From sequence record ON470581: DNA of 21,284 bases; one strand, given 5' to 3'. Every line of letters begins with the position of its first letter. Position 1 is the first letter of the stretch. The position numbers were made by a program, and so were the translations under genes. Under the pieces are notes generated by a model. It ran no database searches. It saw nothing but the letters and a program-made list of their open reading frames with translations, and was not told where the DNA came from. Positions 17,349-21,284 of the stretch are shown here, piece by piece. This stretch comes from Escherichia phage vB_EcoS-606R9.

Positions 17349-18083
17349 GCTCTGAATGATGCTCTGGAACGAGAAAAAGAAATTGTCAGACAGAAAAACG
17401 AGCAGCTCGATATTCAGGCAGGAGACTGGGTTAGTGGTGCCTCCCAGGGATTCAATAACTGGCTGGATGACACTAAGGATATCAGTGAGCAGATAAAATC
17501 AACCACGACTCAGATGTTTGATGGAATGACCGATGCGCTGGGTGATTTTGTCACGACAGGCAAGGCAAATTTTCGTTCTTTCGCTACTTCCGTGATTTCG
17601 GATCTTAGTCGAATAGCATTAAAGGCTTCAATTACTGGGATTTTCGACAGCATTAGTAACAGTTCTTCGGGGGGGATTTTAGGAACTATCGGGAGTGCTA
17701 TTAGTAAATTTATTCCGAATGCAAAGGGCGGTGTTTATGAGTCTCCGTCATTGAACACGTATTCGAACGGTATTTATGATTCCCCGCAATTTTTTGCTTT
17801 TGCAAAAGGGGCTGGTGTTTTTGGTGAGGCTGGTCCGGAAGCCATTATGCCATTAACACGAACATCCGATGGTTCTCTTGGTGTCAGAGCTATTAATAGT
17901 AAAAGTGGTAATGGAGGCGGAGATATTACCTATGCCCCTGTATACCAAATCACTATTCAAAATGACGGCCAGAATGGAGAGATTGGCCCTCAGGCAATAA
18001 AAGCACTTATGGGGATGGTTGATCAGCGGGTGCAGGGCAATCTGTTAAATATGCGACGTGATGGGGGAATGTTAAGTGGCTAA
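17349..18083 (+). CDS. H: Tail tape measure protein, C-terminal segment downstream of the in-frame TAG (same frame, no independent start signal seen)
   Basis: Frame is continuous with 14850..17348 (both coordinates are multiples of 3); encodes ...MFDGMTDALGDFVTTGKANFRSFATSVISDLSRIALKA..., which resembles the lambda gpH C-terminal region from memory. First ATG is at 17514 with no obvious SD. The stop overlaps the M start. Confidence 0.6.
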   Translation, partial: ALNDALEREKEIVRQKNEQLDIQAGDWVSGASQGFNNWLDDTKDISEQIKSTTTQMFDGMTDALGDFVTTGKANFRSFATSVISDLSRIALKASITGIFDSISNSSSGGILGTIGSAISKFIPNAKGGVYESPSLNTYSNGIYDSPQFFAFAKGAGVFGEAGPEAIMPLTRTSDGSLGVRAINSKSGNGGGDITYAPVYQITIQNDGQNGEIGPQAIKALMGMVDQRVQGNLLNMRRDGGMLSG

Positions 18084-18414
18084 TACGGAAGAATTTCACT
18101 GGTTACCAGAGGATGGAATGAAAACAGAAAATAAACCATCGATAAAAACTGTAAGATTTGGCGATGGTTATGAGCAACGAAGTCCAAATGGACTTAATCA
18201 TTCTCTGCGCGTTTTCACCTGTGATTTCAAAGTTGAGGCGAATGAACGTGATTCATTTGAAAAATTTTTAGCCCGGCATGAAGGCTATAAATCTTTTTTT
18301 TGGCGCCCGCCTGGTATTAACAGAAAAATCAGAGTGGTGTGTCGAACGTGGTCAGCGACAGAACATATCACCTATACCGATTTTTCGTGTCAGTTTGACG
18401 AAGTGGTGATCTGA
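18076..18414 (+). CDS. M: Minor tail protein M (lambda gpM homologue)
   Basis: 112 aa from GTG 18076, overlapping the tape measure stop; contains VRFGDGYEQRSPNGLN and KSFFWRPP, matching lambda gpM (VRFGDGYSQRAPAGLN, KSFLWTPP) as I recall it; the N-terminal spacing of F, W, G, M residues also matches, which supports the GTG start over ATG 18118. Confidence 0.85.
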   Translation: MANTEEFHWLPEDGMKTENKPSIKTVRFGDGYEQRSPNGLNHSLRVFTCDFKVEANERDSFEKFLARHEGYKSFFWRPPGINRKIRVVCRTWSATEHITYTDFSCQFDEVVI

Positions 18415-19112
18415 TGCAGGACATACAACAGGAAACGCTGAATGAATGCATTCGTGCGGAGCAGTCGGCCAGCGTGGTGCTCTGGGAAATCGACCTGACC
18501 GAGGTAGGCGGGGATCGCTACTTTTTCTGCAATGAGCAGAACGAGAAAGGAGAGTCTGTCACCTGGCAGAGTCGGCAGTATCAGGCCTATCCCATTCAGG
18601 GGAGTGGATTTGAGATGAACGGCAAAGGTGCCAGTGCAAGGCCAACGCTGAAAGTCTCTAATCTGCACGGCATGGTCACCGGGATGGCGGAAGACCTGCA
18701 GAGTCTGGTCGGCGGAACGGTGGTCAGGCGTAAGGTTTACGCCCGTTTTCTGGATGCGGTGAACTTCGTCAACGGAAACAGTGACGCCGATCCGGAGCAG
18801 GAGGTGATCAGCCGCTGGCGTATTGAGCAGTGCAGCGAACTGAGCGCGGTCAGTGCCTCCTTTGTACTGTCCACGCCGACGGAAACGGACGGCGCTGTTT
18901 TTCCGGGGCGCATCATGCTTGCTAATACCTGCACCTGGACCTATCGCGGTGATGAGTGCGGTTATCACGGTCCGGCGGTCGCGGATGAATATGACCAGCC
19001 GACATCCGAAATCACGAAGGATAAATGCAGCAAATGCCTGAGTGGCTGTAAGTTCCGCAATAATGTCGGCAACTTTGGCGGCTTCCTTTCCATTAACAAA
19101 CTTTCGCAGTAA
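18414..19112 (+). CDS. L: Minor tail protein L (lambda gpL homologue)
   Basis: 232 aa, beginning MQDIQQETLNECIRAEQSASVVLWEIDLTEVGGDRYFFCNEQNEKGE and ending CSKCLSGCKFRNNVGNFGGFLSINKLSQ, near-identical to lambda gpL from memory (same length, conserved C-terminal cysteine cluster). Start overlaps the M stop (ATGA). Confidence 0.95.
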   Translation: MQDIQQETLNECIRAEQSASVVLWEIDLTEVGGDRYFFCNEQNEKGESVTWQSRQYQAYPIQGSGFEMNGKGASARPTLKVSNLHGMVTGMAEDLQSLVGGTVVRRKVYARFLDAVNFVNGNSDADPEQEVISRWRIEQCSELSAVSASFVLSTPTETDGAVFPGRIMLANTCTWTYRGDECGYHGPAVADEYDQPTSEITKDKCSKCLSGCKFRNNVGNFGGFLSINKLSQ

Positions 19113-19117
19113 ATCCC

Positions 19118-19825
19118 ATGACAGNNNNNNNNNNNNNNNNNNNNNNNNNNNNNNNNNNNNNNTCGGAAGGGGAAAGATATTTTCCCTGCGTGAATATCTC
19201 CGGTGAGCCGGAGGAGTATTTCCGGATGTCGCCGGAGGACTGGCTGCGGGCAGAGATGCAGGGTGAGATTGTGGCGCTGGTCCACAGCCACCCCGGTGGT
19301 ATGCCCTGGCTGAGTGAGACCGACCGGCGGCTGCAGGTGCAGAGTGATTTGCCGTGGTGGCTGGTTTGCCGGGGAGCGATTCACAAGTTCCGCTGTGTGC
19401 CACATCTTTCCGGGCGGCGCTTTGAGCACGGGGTGACGGACTGTTACACGCTGTTCCGGGATGCTTACCATCTGGCGGGGATTGAGATGCCGGATTTTCA
19501 TCGCGAGGATGACTGGTGGCGTAACGGTCAGAATCTCTATCTGGATAATCTGGAGGCCACAGGGCTATATCAGGTGCCGTTGTCAGCGGCGCAGCCGGGC
19601 GATGTGCTGCTGTGCTGTTTTGGTTCATCGGTGCCGAATCATGCCGCCATTTACTGTGGTGACAGCGAGCTGCTGCACCATATTCCTGAACAACTGAGTA
19701 AACGAGAGAGGTACACCGACAAATGGCAGCGACGCACACACTCCCTCTGGCGTCACCGGGCATGGCACGCATCTGCCTTTACGGGGATTTGCAACGATTT
19801 GGCCGCCGCATCGACCTTCGAGTGA
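19118..19825 (+). CDS. K: Tail tip assembly protein K (JAB/MPN plus NlpC/P60-like), interrupted near the N-terminus by an assembly gap
   Basis: JAMM-type motif HSHPGGMPWLSETD and an NlpC/P60-like Cys/His region (GVTDCYTLFRDAYH ... PNHAAIY); the last 103 nt overlap gene I, as lambda K/I do. ATG 19118 is 3 nt after the L stop; ATG 19226 would give a 199-aa product and is an alternative start. The true length of the N-gap at 19125-19162 is unknown. Confidence 0.8.
   Translation: MTXXXXXXXXXXXXXSEGERYFPCVNISGEPEEYFRMSPEDWLRAEMQGEIVALVHSHPGGMPWLSETDRRLQVQSDLPWWLVCRGAIHKFRCVPHLSGRRFEHGVTDCYTLFRDAYHLAGIEMPDFHREDDWWRNGQNLYLDNLEATGLYQVPLSAAQPGDVLLCCFGSSVPNHAAIYCGDSELLHHIPEQLSKRERYTDKWQRRTHSLWRHRAWHASAFTGICNDLAAASTFE
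19125..19162. other. Assembly gap (run of 38 N)
   Basis: Literal N characters in the sequence; a scaffolding or masked gap, not biology. Confidence 0.99.
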
Positions 19826-20370
19826 AAACGGGGTCCGAAGCCATCCGGGCGCTGGCCATGCAGATCCCGGCGTTTCGTCAGAAACTGAGCGACGGCTGGT
19901 ATCAGGTACGCATTGCCGGGCGTGATGCAGGTGAAACTGAATTATCAGCCCGTCTTAATGAACCGCTGGCAAATGGTGCCGTGATCCACATTGTGCCGCG
20001 TCTGGCGGGAGCCAAAAGTGGCGGTCTTTTTCAGGCTGTGCTGGGGGCGGCGCTGATTGCGGTGGCATGGTGGAACCCTGCAGGTTGGTTGGGGGCTGCC
20101 GCAATTACAGGAATGTATGGTGCGGGGGCCAGTATGGTGCTCGGTGGTGTGGCGCAGATGCTGGCACCGAAAGCCAGAACTCCCCGTACACAGACAACGG
20201 ATAACGGCAAACAGAACACCTATTTCTCCTCACTGGATAACATGGTTGCCCAGGGCAATGTTCTGCCGGTTCTGTACGGTGAAATGCGCGTGGGGTCACG
20301 GGTGATTTCGCAGGAGATCAGCACGGCAGATGAAGGAGATGGTGGTCAGGTTGTGGTGATTGGTCGTTGA
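19723..20370 (+). CDS. I: Tail assembly protein I (lambda gpI homologue)
   Basis: 215 aa beginning MAATHTLPLASPGMARICLYGDLQRFGRRIDLRVKTG and ending ADEGDGGQVVVIGR, matching lambda gpI from memory; overlaps the K 3' end in another frame. Confidence 0.9.
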   Translation: MAATHTLPLASPGMARICLYGDLQRFGRRIDLRVKTGSEAIRALAMQIPAFRQKLSDGWYQVRIAGRDAGETELSARLNEPLANGAVIHIVPRLAGAKSGGLFQAVLGAALIAVAWWNPAGWLGAAAITGMYGAGASMVLGGVAQMLAPKARTPRTQTTDNGKQNTYFSSLDNMVAQGNVLPVLYGEMRVGSRVISQEISTADEGDGGQVVVIGR

Positions 20371-20388
20371 TGCAGAATGTTTTGTGTG

Positions 20389-20408
20389 AAACCGCCTCAG
20401 GGCGGTTT
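20389..20408 (+). promoter_or_regulatory. Perfect 8-bp hairpin in the I-J intergenic spacer (possible attenuator or RNA structure)
   Basis: AAACCGCC-TCAG-GGCGGTTT followed by TGTCGTTTCT (moderately U-rich); lies in the 60-nt spacer between I and J. Confidence 0.4.
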
Positions 20409-20430
20409 TGTCGTTTCTGGAGCGTGAGGA

Positions 20431-21284
20431 ATGGGTAAAGGCAGNNNNNNNNNNTCCCGCGCGAAGCGAAGGACAACCTGAAATCATCCCAGATGCTGAG
20501 CGTGATAGACGCCATCAGTGAAGGGCCGATTGAAGGTCCGGTGGATGGATTAAAAAGCGTGCTGCTGAACAGTACGCCGGTGCTGGACAGTGAGGGGAAT
20601 ACCAATATCTCCGGCGTCACGGTGGTGTTCCGGGCAGGTGAGCAGGAGCAGTCACCGCCGGAGGGATTTGAATCCTCCGGTTCCGAGACGGTGCTGGGTA
20701 CGGAAGTGAAATATGAAACGCCGATCACCCGGACCATCACGTCGGCAAACATCGACCGTCTGCGCTTTACCTTCGGTGTACAGGCACTGGTGGAAACCAC
20801 CTCAAAGGGAGACAGGAATCCGTCGGAAGTCCGCCTGCTGGTTCAGATACAGCGTAACGGTGGCTGGGTGACGGAAAAAGACATCACCATTAAGGGCAAA
20901 ACCACCTCGCAGTATCTGGCCTCGGTGGTGGTGGGTAACCTGCCGCCGCGCCCGTTTAATATCCGGATGCGCAGGATGACGCCGGACAGCACCACAGACC
21001 AGCTGCAGAACAAAACGCTCTGGTCGTCATACACCGAGATCATCGATGTGAAACAGTGCTACCCGAACACGGCACTGGTCGGCGTACAGGTGGACTCGGA
21101 GCAGTTCGGCAGCCAGCAGGTGAGCCGTAATTATCATCTTCGCGGGCGCATTCTGCAGGTGCCGTCGAACTATAACCCGCAGACGCGACAATACAGCGGT
21201 ATCTGGGACGGAACGTTAAAACCAGCATACAGCAACAACATGGCCTGGTGTCTGTGGGATATGCTGACCCACCCGCGCTACGGC
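20431..21284 (+). CDS. J: Tip attachment / central tail fibre protein J, N-terminal part (continues beyond the window; reading frame broken by a 10-N gap)
   Basis: ATG 20431 with GTGAGGA SD; encodes MGKG..., then after the gap PREAKDNLKSSQMLSVIDAISEGPIEGPVDGLKSVLLNSTPVLD... through ...MAWCLWDMLTHPRYG, near-identical to the lambda gpJ N-terminus from memory. Frame before and after the gap differs, so the gap length is arbitrary. Confidence 0.9.
20445..20454. other. Assembly gap (run of 10 N) inside the 5' end of J
   Basis: Literal N characters; the apparent frame change across it is an assembly artefact. Confidence 0.99.

Noticed and set aside
18390-19772. 460-aa ORF on the minus strand
   Set aside because: Antisense to the well-supported M, L, K and I genes, runs through the N-gap, and has low-complexity Pro/Arg/Ala-rich composition typical of a spurious antisense frame.
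1-21284. Search for CRISPR arrays, tRNA/tmRNA genes, integrase, att sites and IS elements
   Set aside because: No direct-repeat/spacer periodicity, no cloverleaf-like tRNA candidates, and no integrase- or transposase-like ORFs were recognised by eye; the window is entirely late-region genes plus one moron.

Overview
This window reads as the late region of a lambdoid, Rac/lambda-like prophage of an enterobacterium, with every confident gene on the + strand. In order: the end of the lysis cassette (Rz with embedded Rz1), an AT-rich trkG potassium-transporter moron, a small accessory block (ParB-like nuclease-domain protein, a DxD-motif protein, a small ORF), terminase small and large subunits, portal, head morphogenesis protein, scaffold, major capsid protein, four small head-tail joining genes, major tail protein, G and G-T tail chaperones with a -1 frameshift site, tape measure protein, and lambda-type M, L, K, I and the start of J. 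The most notable points are an in-frame TAG splitting the tape measure gene, the uncharacterised ParB-like/DxD gene pair next to the packaging genes, a periodic TGCGCA/A-tract repeat inside the small terminase gene, and UUCG-tetraloop terminators inside the late operon. Two runs of N are assembly gaps. No tRNA, rRNA, CRISPR array, integrase or transposase was recognised. All homology statements are from memory of lambda/Rac proteins and motif reading; no searches were run.
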